Shown here one piece after another: positions 7,333 to 16,057 of a DNA stretch of 60,793 nt. The translations under genes were made by a program, and so were the position numbers. This stretch comes from a virus (taxonomy: Duplodnaviria > Caudoviricetes): the IMG/VR virus record IMGVR_UViG_3300045996_001676, positions 1-60,793 of that record. One strand, 5' to 3'. Positions within the stretch are counted from its first letter, which is position 1, and each line of letters begins with the position of its first letter. The notes under the pieces were generated by a model. The model worked only from the letters and a program-made list of their open reading frames with translations. It made no database searches and was not told where the DNA came from.

Positions 7333-10101
7333 TTACCGCGCCCGCTTGCCCGCCGGTGCCGCTTTCGCCGCCTTTTGTTTCTCCTGGAGCACGCCCGCCA
7401 GCCGGGTAAACCGATCGGCGTGCGCCTGCCACGTTTCCAGAGTCTTCTCCGGTGCCCCCTCTTTTTTCGCCTTGCGCTTCTGTTCGAGCGCGTGCGATGC
7501 CGCCTCCCGCAACTCTTTCGGCGTTGGGCCCGACGTCCCCGCCGCCGCCTTTTTCGGCAGTTGTTCCGTCGGCGTGTTCATCAGCTTTGAGAGCTCGCCC
7601 ATGCTTCCGACTTCATGCATCGACCCGACGCGGAACGATCCGTAGCCGCGCTTGTAGAAAATGCGCCGCTTGGAATCGTCGTGCTGTCCCTCGCCCTTGG
7701 CGTTAAATACCTTGTGATCATCGAAAACGACCGTGTGGAAGGCCGCGGGCTCATTCTCCACCATCCAGGCCGCTTTAAGTCCGCGAGCCTGTTTGTTCAT
7801 CGTGATCTTGTTGTTTTTGTTTTCCGTCATCGTTTTTAGCTCGACGCCGTGCTCGATCTTTCCGGCCTTGTGGACCACGACGTCGACGGGCTCGCTATCG
7901 CGATAGCTCTGGCCTCCGAGACTCTTGGCGAGCACGGGCTCGTTATACTCCTCGCTGTACTGCTGGACCACGCGATCCACCCGGCGAGACTGGCCGTTTT
8001 TGTGGAGCTTCACGTGTTCCGGCTTGGGCGTTTTCGTCGGCACTTTCGCGACATGACTCTCCCGCACCTTCGATTGATGCTTCATCGACTCGGCGAGGTG
8101 AGTCTCAGCCGCCGCCTTGTGCGTCTGCGCGTGGCCGCCGTTGGCACCCGCGAATTGGTGCACCTCCGCCGCCTTGCGGTGGAACGTCGCCGCGACTTTA
8201 TGCATCGTGTTCGCGTGCGGCTTGCCCTCCGAGCTCTCCGCCGCTTTCGTCTGAATTTTCGCCTTGGCTGTCGACGCGTGCGCGACCTCGCTGGGCGTCT
8301 TGCCTACCATCGACTTAGGCCCCTTCTCGATCTGGCCGCCCTTGCCGATGTACACATGCACGCCGGAGATCGTTACCCATCGGCCGCCGCCCTCGTCCGG
8401 CCCGTCGTCAGAGAGCCAGTACGGATCTTGCGTGGTTTCCCGGGGGGGAGGCTTGTCGCCCAGGCCGTCGGGATCCGTGGGGACGGTATCCTCTCCCCGC
8501 TTCTCTTCGAGCACGCGATCGGCGTCCTCATCGCTGTACCCGCTTTGCTTCAAGCGCTCGCGCGAGCTCAAGGCCTCCGCATTCGCCTGCGCGTCCATCT
8601 TCTGCGCCAGCTGCTTTTGATCGAAGCCGTCGACCAGTTTAATTTTCAGCTTCTCGGCCGCGGCTTTGATGTCGGCGACTTTCACCGCGAAACTTGCATC
8701 GGAGAGGAGGGTCGTAAATGCTTGCTTGAGCACGCCCCGCGCTTCATCGGTGATCGGCGCCGCCGTCACCTTGACCGCCCCGCGCGCTTCCTCGCCGTGG
8801 CGCTCGACCATGATCCGATCCGTGATATTCTGCGCCATCCCCGCGACGTAGCAGATCCAGCGCCACTGCATATCCATCATCGAATCAGTATGAGACTCGG
8901 CATCCGCTTTCGAGCCGTGCTCTGCCTCGCGAACCGACCGCGGCAGTACGAGTAAGCCGAACAGGATCTGTTCATCGACCGTCGCAAGCGCTTCCTTAAA
9001 CCCTGCGAAATTGCCCGGCCCCGTGTCGAGCCGATCGATATTCCACGTGCGGATCTGCGATGGGTCCACCTTGGCAAGCGCCAGGGAGAGCTTTTGCTGG
9101 ATAGAGAAGTCCTGGTAGGTGACCGAAAAGCCCTTCGAAAGCGCGGTGGAGATCGTTTGCGCCTTGGCTTCATTCGTCGCGGTTTCCGCGGCCGTCGCGC
9201 CAGCCGGATACCCGATTTTCATAATGTTACCGATCGATGCATTCAGATCGGTTCGGATCTTGTCGCGGATCTCCCATTTGATCTGAATCCAATCTTTGCA
9301 ATTTTCGAACCGACTCCGGCCGAAGAAGTCCCCGCCCTCGCCGTCGTAAATGAACCGCGCGCAATACTCCGGTGCCAGCTGGATCTCTTGCCCGTTCACC
9401 CCCCAATTTTTGACGCCCGCGAATTTGCGAGTCCCGGTGTAGGTGAGCGGGCGCGTATTCTCAGGGAGGAGTGGGAGAAACTCATCGATTGCCGTCAAGC
9501 CCTCGCCATCCTCGCCGTATACGATCTCCAACGTATGATTGCCGTGATCCTTCGCGCGGCAGCTCTCGGAGAAGAAATACTCCCGGAGCGTGAACCCCTC
9601 GTGCGCCTCCGCCACCGCGCCTTTCCCCTCCCACATCTCCCGCACCTCATCCACCCATTCACTGGGCGTCTCCGGCTTGCTCTGTTCATACTGGAGGAGC
9701 GCCGTGCAAGTCAGTGCGTCCGCGAACTCGCGCCCGATCGCTACCATGCCGTCGGCACGCATCCGCCGGTAATTGTGATAATTCGACGCGAGCCTCGCCG
9801 TTGCCCGCCCCAGCATTGCCGCGGCGTTGCTGCTGTTACTGTCGCGAGCCTGATCCACCGTACTGACATTGCCGCCCGGCCAGATCTGCGGCCCGTAGTG
9901 CGGCGATGCCGGAGGGAAAAACGACTGGCGCCCCGATAGCCCGATCCCCCCCAAGCCAACCAGCACGGGCGCGCGTGTGATCTTGGCCTCGCCGTCGCCG
10001 TTGACCGTGAGCGGAATATCTTCCGTCGTCTGAGCCCCAGCCGCCAAGCCGAACCCGAACGAAGGCCCCCACCAGGGGAACGGCTGGGTATCATAAAACA
10101 T
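7333..10101 (-). CDS. Portal protein (Mu gp29/DUF935-like) fused to a C-terminal PD-(D/E)xK nuclease module
   Basis: 922 aa right after terL; portal-like core ('GDFFGRSR', 'VDEQILFGLL', 'HGSKADAESH'); extension with 'RWVTISGVHVYI' and 'EEYNE...PVDVV...GVELKT'. Confidence 0.8.
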   Translation of the reverse strand: MFYDTQPFPWWGPSFGFGLAAGAQTTEDIPLTVNGDGEAKITRAPVLVGLGGIGLSGRQSFFPPASPHYGPQIWPGGNVSTVDQARDSNSSNAAAMLGRATARLASNYHNYRRMRADGMVAIGREFADALTCTALLQYEQSKPETPSEWVDEVREMWEGKGAVAEAHEGFTLREYFFSESCRAKDHGNHTLEIVYGEDGEGLTAIDEFLPLLPENTRPLTYTGTRKFAGVKNWGVNGQEIQLAPEYCARFIYDGEGGDFFGRSRFENCKDWIQIKWEIRDKIRTDLNASIGNIMKIGYPAGATAAETATNEAKAQTISTALSKGFSVTYQDFSIQQKLSLALAKVDPSQIRTWNIDRLDTGPGNFAGFKEALATVDEQILFGLLVLPRSVREAEHGSKADAESHTDSMMDMQWRWICYVAGMAQNITDRIMVERHGEEARGAVKVTAAPITDEARGVLKQAFTTLLSDASFAVKVADIKAAAEKLKIKLVDGFDQKQLAQKMDAQANAEALSSRERLKQSGYSDEDADRVLEEKRGEDTVPTDPDGLGDKPPPRETTQDPYWLSDDGPDEGGGRWVTISGVHVYIGKGGQIEKGPKSMVGKTPSEVAHASTAKAKIQTKAAESSEGKPHANTMHKVAATFHRKAAEVHQFAGANGGHAQTHKAAAETHLAESMKHQSKVRESHVAKVPTKTPKPEHVKLHKNGQSRRVDRVVQQYSEEYNEPVLAKSLGGQSYRDSEPVDVVVHKAGKIEHGVELKTMTENKNNKITMNKQARGLKAAWMVENEPAAFHTVVFDDHKVFNAKGEGQHDDSKRRIFYKRGYGSFRVGSMHEVGSMGELSKLMNTPTEQLPKKAAAGTSGPTPKELREAASHALEQKRKAKKEGAPEKTLETWQAHADRFTRLAGVLQEKQKAAKAAPAGKRAR

Positions 10102-10115
10102 TGTCGATTCCTCGG

Positions 10116-11723
10116 TTAAGACGTCGCAACCACACCGATACCACCGCCCGGCATCTCCAGGATAAGCTCCCGAGCCCGTTCGACGGCAGCGTATGCCGTG
10201 GCGTCCACCTGATCATCGTGGGCGCCGTTGGGAAACTGTATCAGCTCCAGCTCATAAGACGACAACCACGGGGCCTCTGCCAGAAAGTACAGTTTTCCGT
10301 TTTCCAGATCGATACAGGCGGGGGTAGCGCGTGAGATCTTATCGCCCTCGCAGACCGTCGCCCGGATGTGGGCTCCCTCCCGGACAAGCCGCTGAATGAG
10401 CGCGATCCCGTTCGCCTTGGGCTCGCAGGCGATATACCCCACCCGGCCCGACGACAAAAGCGACCGGAAGACCTTTTCGACGTCGGGATCCTCCATGCGC
10501 TCGCACATGACATCCAGGAGGAGGAGATCCCGATCCGGCGTTACCGCCCAGGTGAGAATGGCCGTTGGGTCCGCGCTGGTCTTTTCGCTCATCGCGGTAT
10601 CGGCCGTCGCGAAGTACCAGCAATCCGATTTGAGAACCCGCTTTGCGCCGTTGGGCGTCGTGAGCTCGTAATGATCCCCGCCGTCCTTGAAGTAGCGGAA
10701 CCATTTCCGCTTGAACTTGAAGCCCTCTTCTGGGTTGGGCCGCTGGTCATACTGCGCCGCATACCCGACCGACCCCAGCTCGATTTTTAGCTGTGCGTGC
10801 TCCTCCAGGCCTTCCCGCTGCGGGATCAGGTACTCGCCCGCGGCGCGCTCGAGGTATTTCAGCCCGTCCGCTGGCGTTGGCCGCTCATCCGGCGGGGGTG
10901 GCAGCTTCGCCTTGCGCGCCTTCTCCCGCTTGGCGTCGGTGCAAACGCTGCAATCGCATTCGATCTTGGGTCGCCGCACCGCTGGATTGAGGGACGACGG
11001 CAGCAGAATGACCCGCCGTTTTTTCGACATCCCCTCGATGCAGAGATGCGTATACCCCATCTCCAGCGCCACCCCCGCGACGTCCTCCGCGTGCAATCGC
11101 TGCATGACGACGACAATCGCGCCCGTCTTTCGATTGTTGAGACGCGTCGAGAACTTTTTACGAAAGGCCCCGATCACCGACCGGCGATCCGCCTCCGATT
11201 CCGCCTTTTCCGTGTTGTGCGGATCATCGAAGATCAGCCGATCGCACCCGAACCCGGCGCCGCGGCCCGTCGTGCTCGTGGCGATCATCTCGCCGCCCTG
11301 GTCGTTTCCGAAGTGGCTCGCCTTGTTCAGATCCGCCCGCAGCTCGAACCGATTCCCCCACCGCGACTGATACCATTCCGACTCGATGAGGGTCCGCCGG
11401 TCGCGCGAGTGTTGCGTCGCCAGATCCCCGGAGTAGGACACCATCATCCACTTACGCGTAGGGTATTTGATCCAGCTATGCGCTGGCCAGCTGGTCGTAA
11501 CCGTTCGCGATTTGAGATTACGCGGGGGCATGTTGATCAGGAGTCGATTGATCTGCCCCAGGTCCACCGCCTCCAGGTACTCCGAACATAAATCGATATG
11601 CCAGTTGTGATGATAGAAGTTTTCGGGCTCCAAAACCCGCCAGCTCTGGCGCTGGAATTCCGCGAGCGAGCGCTCGGCAAGCGCCTTGTCGATCTCATCG
11701 ATGGAAGGGAGAAGCAGATCCAC
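10116..11723 (-). CDS. terL: Terminase large subunit
   Basis: Walker A-like 'NMPPRNLKS', Walker B 'LIFDDP', 'VVMQRLH', nuclease motifs 'ADTA', 'FPNGAHDDQVDA'. Confidence 0.95.
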   Translation of the reverse strand: MDLLLPSIDEIDKALAERSLAEFQRQSWRVLEPENFYHHNWHIDLCSEYLEAVDLGQINRLLINMPPRNLKSRTVTTSWPAHSWIKYPTRKWMMVSYSGDLATQHSRDRRTLIESEWYQSRWGNRFELRADLNKASHFGNDQGGEMIATSTTGRGAGFGCDRLIFDDPHNTEKAESEADRRSVIGAFRKKFSTRLNNRKTGAIVVVMQRLHAEDVAGVALEMGYTHLCIEGMSKKRRVILLPSSLNPAVRRPKIECDCSVCTDAKREKARKAKLPPPPDERPTPADGLKYLERAAGEYLIPQREGLEEHAQLKIELGSVGYAAQYDQRPNPEEGFKFKRKWFRYFKDGGDHYELTTPNGAKRVLKSDCWYFATADTAMSEKTSADPTAILTWAVTPDRDLLLLDVMCERMEDPDVEKVFRSLLSSGRVGYIACEPKANGIALIQRLVREGAHIRATVCEGDKISRATPACIDLENGKLYFLAEAPWLSSYELELIQFPNGAHDDQVDATAYAAVERARELILEMPGGGIGVVATS

Positions 11724-11727
11724 CGCT

Positions 11728-12303
11728 TTACCCCCCCGCCGCTGGAGCGATCACGCCAGCCGCCCCGCCACCGGCCCCGCCATGCCGCGAAGATGCTTTC
11801 GCCCGCAGCTCCCGCAGCTTTAAGAGCTCCTCTTTTGAGAGTTGGGAAAGGTCGACCGCCTCCCCCACTTGCTCCACCTTGACCGCCCCGCCGTCCCCCG
11901 TCCCCGTGTGGATGATCCGCGTGATCGGCAGCCCGAAAAGCTTGTCGAGCGCCTCCTGCGCCCGGATCTTTTCCCGCGTCGGAGTTTTCGCGTCGGCGAT
12001 CACCGCCTCATAAAACCGCGCAGACTCCCCCCGCATCTCCCGCCGCGTCTTGCCCGACTCCGCCTCTAAACGCTCTCGCACGCGAGACATGAGCCGCTCG
12101 AACGTGCGAGGGCTCATCGATGCCACCCCCAGCCCCCTCGCTTTGATCTTAACTGCCTCTTTTACCACGCACTTAGGCACGCGTAGACAGGTCATTTTGT
12201 AGGCCAATTCGACCATCTCCGGGGAAGTGCAGATTGCTTGCTTTCCGCCGCGTCGTGGCTTGGGAGAAGAGGAGGTGTTTTCGCCTTGAATGTCGCCGCT
12301 CAT
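11728..12303 (-). CDS. terS: Terminase small subunit (putative)
   Basis: 191 aa directly upstream of terL; 'LDKLFGL..TRIIHTGTGDGGAV...DLSQLSKEEL' C-terminus typical of TerS. Confidence 0.75.
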   Translation of the reverse strand: MSGDIQGENTSSSPKPRRGGKQAICTSPEMVELAYKMTCLRVPKCVVKEAVKIKARGLGVASMSPRTFERLMSRVRERLEAESGKTRREMRGESARFYEAVIADAKTPTREKIRAQEALDKLFGLPITRIIHTGTGDGGAVKVEQVGEAVDLSQLSKEELLKLRELRAKASSRHGGAGGGAAGVIAPAAGG

Positions 12304-12328
12304 TTTTTTTGTTTTCCCTGTTTTTTTC

Positions 12329-12357
12329 TTGCCTCAATTAGCTCTGTGGCTTATACT
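12329..12357 (+). promoter_or_regulatory. Sigma70-type promoter P1 with operator ATTAGCTCTGTGGCTTAT
   Basis: TTGCCT-N17-TATACT; degenerate copy of the palindrome at 12337-12354. Confidence 0.7.
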
Positions 12358-12431
12358 CATCCGATGCGCTTAGATTGTTGTGCTCCAACCACTTGCATTC
12401 ATTTCATACCACCTACCGAAAGGGGTGAATC

Positions 12432-13199
12432 ATGCCGTCTCTCTATGAGAAGTATCGCCCGCAGTCTCTGGCAGAAGTCGTTGGACACCCGGGGATTGTG
12501 AAGAAAATCGAGACAATGACCGCCCGCGGATGGGGTGGGAGAGCGTGGTTTATTTCGGGTCCGTCGGGGACTGGAAAGACTACAATTGCGCGTATTCTTG
12601 CTCGTTTGGGAGCTGGAAAGTGGTTTGTTGAAGAAGTCGACTTCGCTCGCGACATTACTCCGGCACGTGTTCGCCAGCTGTGCGCGTCGCTCCGCATGTC
12701 CGCTTGGAGCGAAGGGGAGGGGAAAACCGGCCGGGCGCTCATTATCAATGAAGCCCACGGGCTCCGCACCGATGCGATCGAATGCTTTTTGACCGCCCTG
12801 GAAGACATCCCCGCCCACGCGTGCGTTATCTTCACCACGACCAAAGCGGGTCAAGAGCGATTGTTCGAGGATTCGATCGACGCTCACCCCCTTATGAGCC
12901 GATGCGTGCCCCTGGAGCTCTCCACCGAAGGCATCGAAGCCGCTTTCCCCGCTTACGCCAAGGCCATCGCCGAAAAGGAAGGGCTCGACGGCCGTCCCTA
13001 TGCCGACTACGTGGCGCTGTGCCAACGCGAGCGATACAATCTCCGCGCCGTGTTCCAGGCCATCGAAACCGGCGTAATGCTGGACGCGTCCGAATCGCTG
13101 TCCCCGCCCGCCACCGCGCCCGCCCTCCAGCTCTCCGCCGCCAAAAAAGCGACCCTTACCCGCTGGGGTCTGGGCAATATGCTCGACCGCACCGCCTGA
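12432..13199 (+). CDS. Clamp-loader-clade AAA+ ATPase (DnaX/RFC/RarA-like)
   Basis: 'LYEKYRPQSLAEVVGH', Walker A 'GPSGTGKTT', Walker B-like 'IINEAH', SRC motif 'LMSRC'. Confidence 0.85.
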   Translation: MPSLYEKYRPQSLAEVVGHPGIVKKIETMTARGWGGRAWFISGPSGTGKTTIARILARLGAGKWFVEEVDFARDITPARVRQLCASLRMSAWSEGEGKTGRALIINEAHGLRTDAIECFLTALEDIPAHACVIFTTTKAGQERLFEDSIDAHPLMSRCVPLELSTEGIEAAFPAYAKAIAEKEGLDGRPYADYVALCQRERYNLRAVFQAIETGVMLDASESLSPPATAPALQLSAAKKATLTRWGLGNMLDRTA

Positions 13200-13268
13200 T
13201 CCTGCGCACCGCCGCCGTAAATTGTGAATGATTTTGAGAACCACACCCCCAACCCAGGAGATCCCGCC

Positions 13269-14141
13269 ATGACGCCCGCGAAGCCCCCCACCCTCAACCC
13301 CGACGGCGTTTCCGTCAAGGGATGCAGCTACATCTACGCCCCCTCTGGTCAGGCCGGAGAATACTCCGCCCTCGCCGCGAACCCCTACCGCGGCTGTGGC
13401 CACAAGTGCGCCTATTGCTACGTCCCGAAAGTGCTCCAAATGCCCCGCCCCGAATTCGATGCAGGCGCCACCCCTCGCCCCGATTTCCTGCGCAATCTCA
13501 CGAAAGACGCGAAGAAATATCAGGCGCTCGGCGTGACAGAACAGGTCATGCTCTCTTTTACGACCGATCCCTATCACCCCGGCGACAACACGCTTACCCG
13601 CGACGTACTTCGCACCCTCCAGGATCACGGGCTCGGCATCTGCACCTTGACGAAGGGAGGCCGCCGCGCCCTCCGCGATCTCGATCTCTTCCGCCCAGGC
13701 CGCGACGCTTTCGCCTCCACCTTGACCAGCCTCGACGATGAATTCTCGATGAAGTGGGAACGCGGCGCCGCTCTCCCCGGCGATCGCCTCCAGACCCTCC
13801 GCACGTTTCACGCCGCCGGTATCTACACGTGGGTTTCGCTGGAGCCCGTGCTCGACACCGCCGCCACCCTGCAAATTATCCGCGAGACGCATACCTTTGT
13901 GGATCTGTACAAGATCGGCCGCGTGAACTACTCCGGCATGACCAAAACGACCGACTGGAAGCGCTTCACGCATGACGTTCTCGCGCTCGTGGCCGAGCTG
14001 GGCGTCGCACACTATATCAAGGAAGATTTGCAGATTTTTCTCCCGGACGGCTACAACAACCCGCGCCGCGTGCGCCAGTTTCGCCAGGGGCAGGATCCCG
14101 CCGCCACCGCGCGCCGCGTCCCGCTCGATCTGCTCAACTAA
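13269..14141 (+). CDS. Radical SAM protein (spore photoproduct lyase-like clade)
   Basis: 'NPYRGCGHKCAYCY' CxxxCxxC, 'TDPY', 'LTKG', 'WVSLEPV'. Confidence 0.85.
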   Translation: MTPAKPPTLNPDGVSVKGCSYIYAPSGQAGEYSALAANPYRGCGHKCAYCYVPKVLQMPRPEFDAGATPRPDFLRNLTKDAKKYQALGVTEQVMLSFTTDPYHPGDNTLTRDVLRTLQDHGLGICTLTKGGRRALRDLDLFRPGRDAFASTLTSLDDEFSMKWERGAALPGDRLQTLRTFHAAGIYTWVSLEPVLDTAATLQIIRETHTFVDLYKIGRVNYSGMTKTTDWKRFTHDVLALVAELGVAHYIKEDLQIFLPDGYNNPRRVRQFRQGQDPAATARRVPLDLLN

Positions 14142-14730
14142 CACGCCGCACCGCCTCGAACGTGTAGTGAGTCATAAACGTGCCGCAGTGATAGCCGAAC
14201 CACCCGACCAGATCAAAGCCGCCGCGATCCAAAACCCGGCGGCATTTTTCTTGCGCCAGCTCCAGGTAGCGCTTATTGAGATCCGCGATCCCCCAATCCG
14301 CCACTACCTCTTGCAAGGTCTTAATCTTCCACGCTTGCCCCAGCCGCACACACTTGCGCATACCATCATTAGCGACGAATCGGATCCGGGGCTCAGTGAG
14401 CCCGCCGACGACCAGGGCCTCTATCACCTCGAGCGCGTCGCCGTACGGATCGACGTCGATAAAGTCGAACGGCCACAGTTTCCCCAAGCCAGCGCCGATC
14501 ATCTGCTTTGAGTCGCCGCAGTACACCGCCCACTCTGGGCGTTGCAACGCCAGCACGGTAGCCGCCTCTTTTTTCTTTTCGAACACGACCCCAGGCACGC
14601 CGCGATAGCACGCGTCGAACAGCTTCCCATACCCGCCATGAGTCTCCAGGATCAGCCGCGCCGGGGATTTCGCCAACACCCGGCGCCGGAGCTCCCGTTT
14701 TTCAATGAATGTCGAATTGTCCTTTTTCAA
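14134..14730 (-). CDS. SAM-dependent methyltransferase-like protein
   Basis: 'ILETHGGYGKLF' motif I-like and 'FDFIDVDPYG' motif IV-like; overlaps the ParB-like gene. Confidence 0.65.
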   Translation of the reverse strand: MKKDNSTFIEKRELRRRVLAKSPARLILETHGGYGKLFDACYRGVPGVVFEKKKEAATVLALQRPEWAVYCGDSKQMIGAGLGKLWPFDFIDVDPYGDALEVIEALVVGGLTEPRIRFVANDGMRKCVRLGQAWKIKTLQEVVADWGIADLNKRYLELAQEKCRRVLDRGGFDLVGWFGYHCGTFMTHYTFEAVRRVS

Positions 14731-15295
14731 GGTAGCTCCTAAAAATCTCGACGACTGCCTCCGCGCGGTTGCCCTTGCCTGTCTTTTTTATCGCCGCCTC
14801 CACGATCCCGACGTCGCGCATTTTCACCAGGAGCGAGATCACGCCGCCGGTTTTGATCAGAGGCTTTCGCGGATCCGCCTCCGCCTCATCCCCCTCCGCG
14901 TCGAACACGCTCAGCCGCTCGATCAGCTCATGCACCTCCGCATCCGAGAACCCGACCGACTCGACCTCCCCCACCTCGCCCAGCTGGCGCAATAACTCCG
15001 GCATGTCCCACTCAGAAAGCAGCGCCGTCTGATTGTCCGCCAGCGCGAACGCGCGCAGCTCATCGCCCTCCAGCTCCGAGACGACAACCGCAATAGACTT
15101 CCACCCGAGCGCTTTCGCCGCAGCCCACGTGCCATTCCCCGCGCGGATCACGCCCGCGGCGTCGACGATGATCGGCCGTTGTTGTCCGAAGCGCTTGAGT
15201 GACTCGGAAATTGCCTGGAGATTGCGAACCGGATGCAGCCGCGCGTTTTTGTCGTCGGGGCGCAATGACTCGATGGGGACCGTCGCGATTTTCAA
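14702..15295 (-). CDS. ParB N-terminal domain protein
   Basis: 'NARLH...SLKRFGQQRPI...IRAGNGTWAAAKALG...ALADNQTA' ParB-N/Srx signature. Confidence 0.9.
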   Translation of the reverse strand: MKIATVPIESLRPDDKNARLHPVRNLQAISESLKRFGQQRPIIVDAAGVIRAGNGTWAAAKALGWKSIAVVVSELEGDELRAFALADNQTALLSEWDMPELLRQLGEVGEVESVGFSDAEVHELIERLSVFDAEGDEAEADPRKPLIKTGGVISLLVKMRDVGIVEAAIKKTGKGNRAEAVVEIFRSYLEKGQFDIH

Positions 15296-15334
15296 GGAAA
15301 TGCCTCCAGATCCAGGGAATCGGTGTCGGCTATA

Positions 15335-15353
15335 TCTAGCGTTTACAGACCCT
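15335..15353 (-). promoter_or_regulatory. Putative late promoter D (AGGGTCTG-N6-CTAGA)
   Basis: Near-consensus copy at the very start of the minus-strand morphogenesis arm. Confidence 0.5.
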
Positions 15354-15394
15354 TATAGGCGGTCAATTTTTCTCGTTTTTTCCCCGTTTTACCC

Positions 15395-15423
15395 TTGCGT
15401 CTCATTAGCTCTAAGGCTAATAT
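15395..15423 (+). promoter_or_regulatory. Sigma70-type promoter P2 with operator ATTAGCTCTAAGGCTAAT
   Basis: TTGCGT-N17-TAATAT; palindrome at 15404-15421. Confidence 0.75.
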
Positions 15424-15461
15424 ACACGCATCGATCGTTCCTCTCTTCGAAAGGGTGAAAC

Positions 15462-15725
15462 ATGAACGCAACCGCCGCCGCCCAGCTCACCAGCAATCAG
15501 TATTACCGGGGCTTGAATCGCCGCTTTGAGAAGCGCTCCCGCCTCCTCCGCCGCATCGGCTACCGCTACCAGATCATCCCCATCCGCGCCGACCTCCCCA
15601 AGTCCCCGACCACGGCCGTTTTCGTATCCCGCTACGGCAGCCGGGTTATCTCTGCCTCCGAAGTCATGCACGCCGACACCCGCGCTTGGCGCGACGAGCT
15701 CTCCGCCTACCGCCTCGCGCGGTGA
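15462..15725 (+). CDS. Small basic early hypothetical protein
   Basis: 87 aa, AAGGGTGAAAC-ATG start signal downstream of P2. Confidence 0.7.
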   Translation: MNATAAAQLTSNQYYRGLNRRFEKRSRLLRRIGYRYQIIPIRADLPKSPTTAVFVSRYGSRVISASEVMHADTRAWRDELSAYRLAR

Positions 15726-15796
15726 CCCGCCACCGGGGCGCGGCGACGTTCGCCCGCCCCTTCCCATCTCAAGCCTCAAGCCCAGGAGAACCAACA

Positions 15797-16024
15797 ATGG
15801 CCATTGCCCACTGCACCATCCCCGCCTCCATCATCCAAAGCGACACCAACGGCACCCGCTTTATTTCGGTGGAAACCGAGATCGGCCAAAGCCTCGCCGC
15901 CTATTACGATGCGCCCCCCACTTGGGAATACGGCATTTCCCCCGAGCTCGCGAAATTCCTCGCGTCGAACCACCTCCGCGCCGAGTGGGCAAACCCCGGA
16001 CGACTGAACCTCTACCCGCTGTGA
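15797..16024 (+). CDS. Small early hypothetical protein
   Basis: 75 aa from MAIAHC, AGGAG RBS. Confidence 0.65.
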   Translation: MAIAHCTIPASIIQSDTNGTRFISVETEIGQSLAAYYDAPPTWEYGISPELAKFLASNHLRAEWANPGRLNLYPL

Positions 16025-16057
16025 TCCACCGCCCCGCCCCAACTCCAGGAGATCACC

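Noticed and set aside
12399-14144. 581-aa minus-strand ORF
   Set aside because: Mirror of the AAA+ and radical SAM genes, which carry the clear motifs and promoter.
14702-15295. ParB as evidence of a plasmid-prophage partition system
   Set aside because: Only the ParB-N domain, with no ParA or parS array; the context is the typical terminase-adjacent methylase-associated type.
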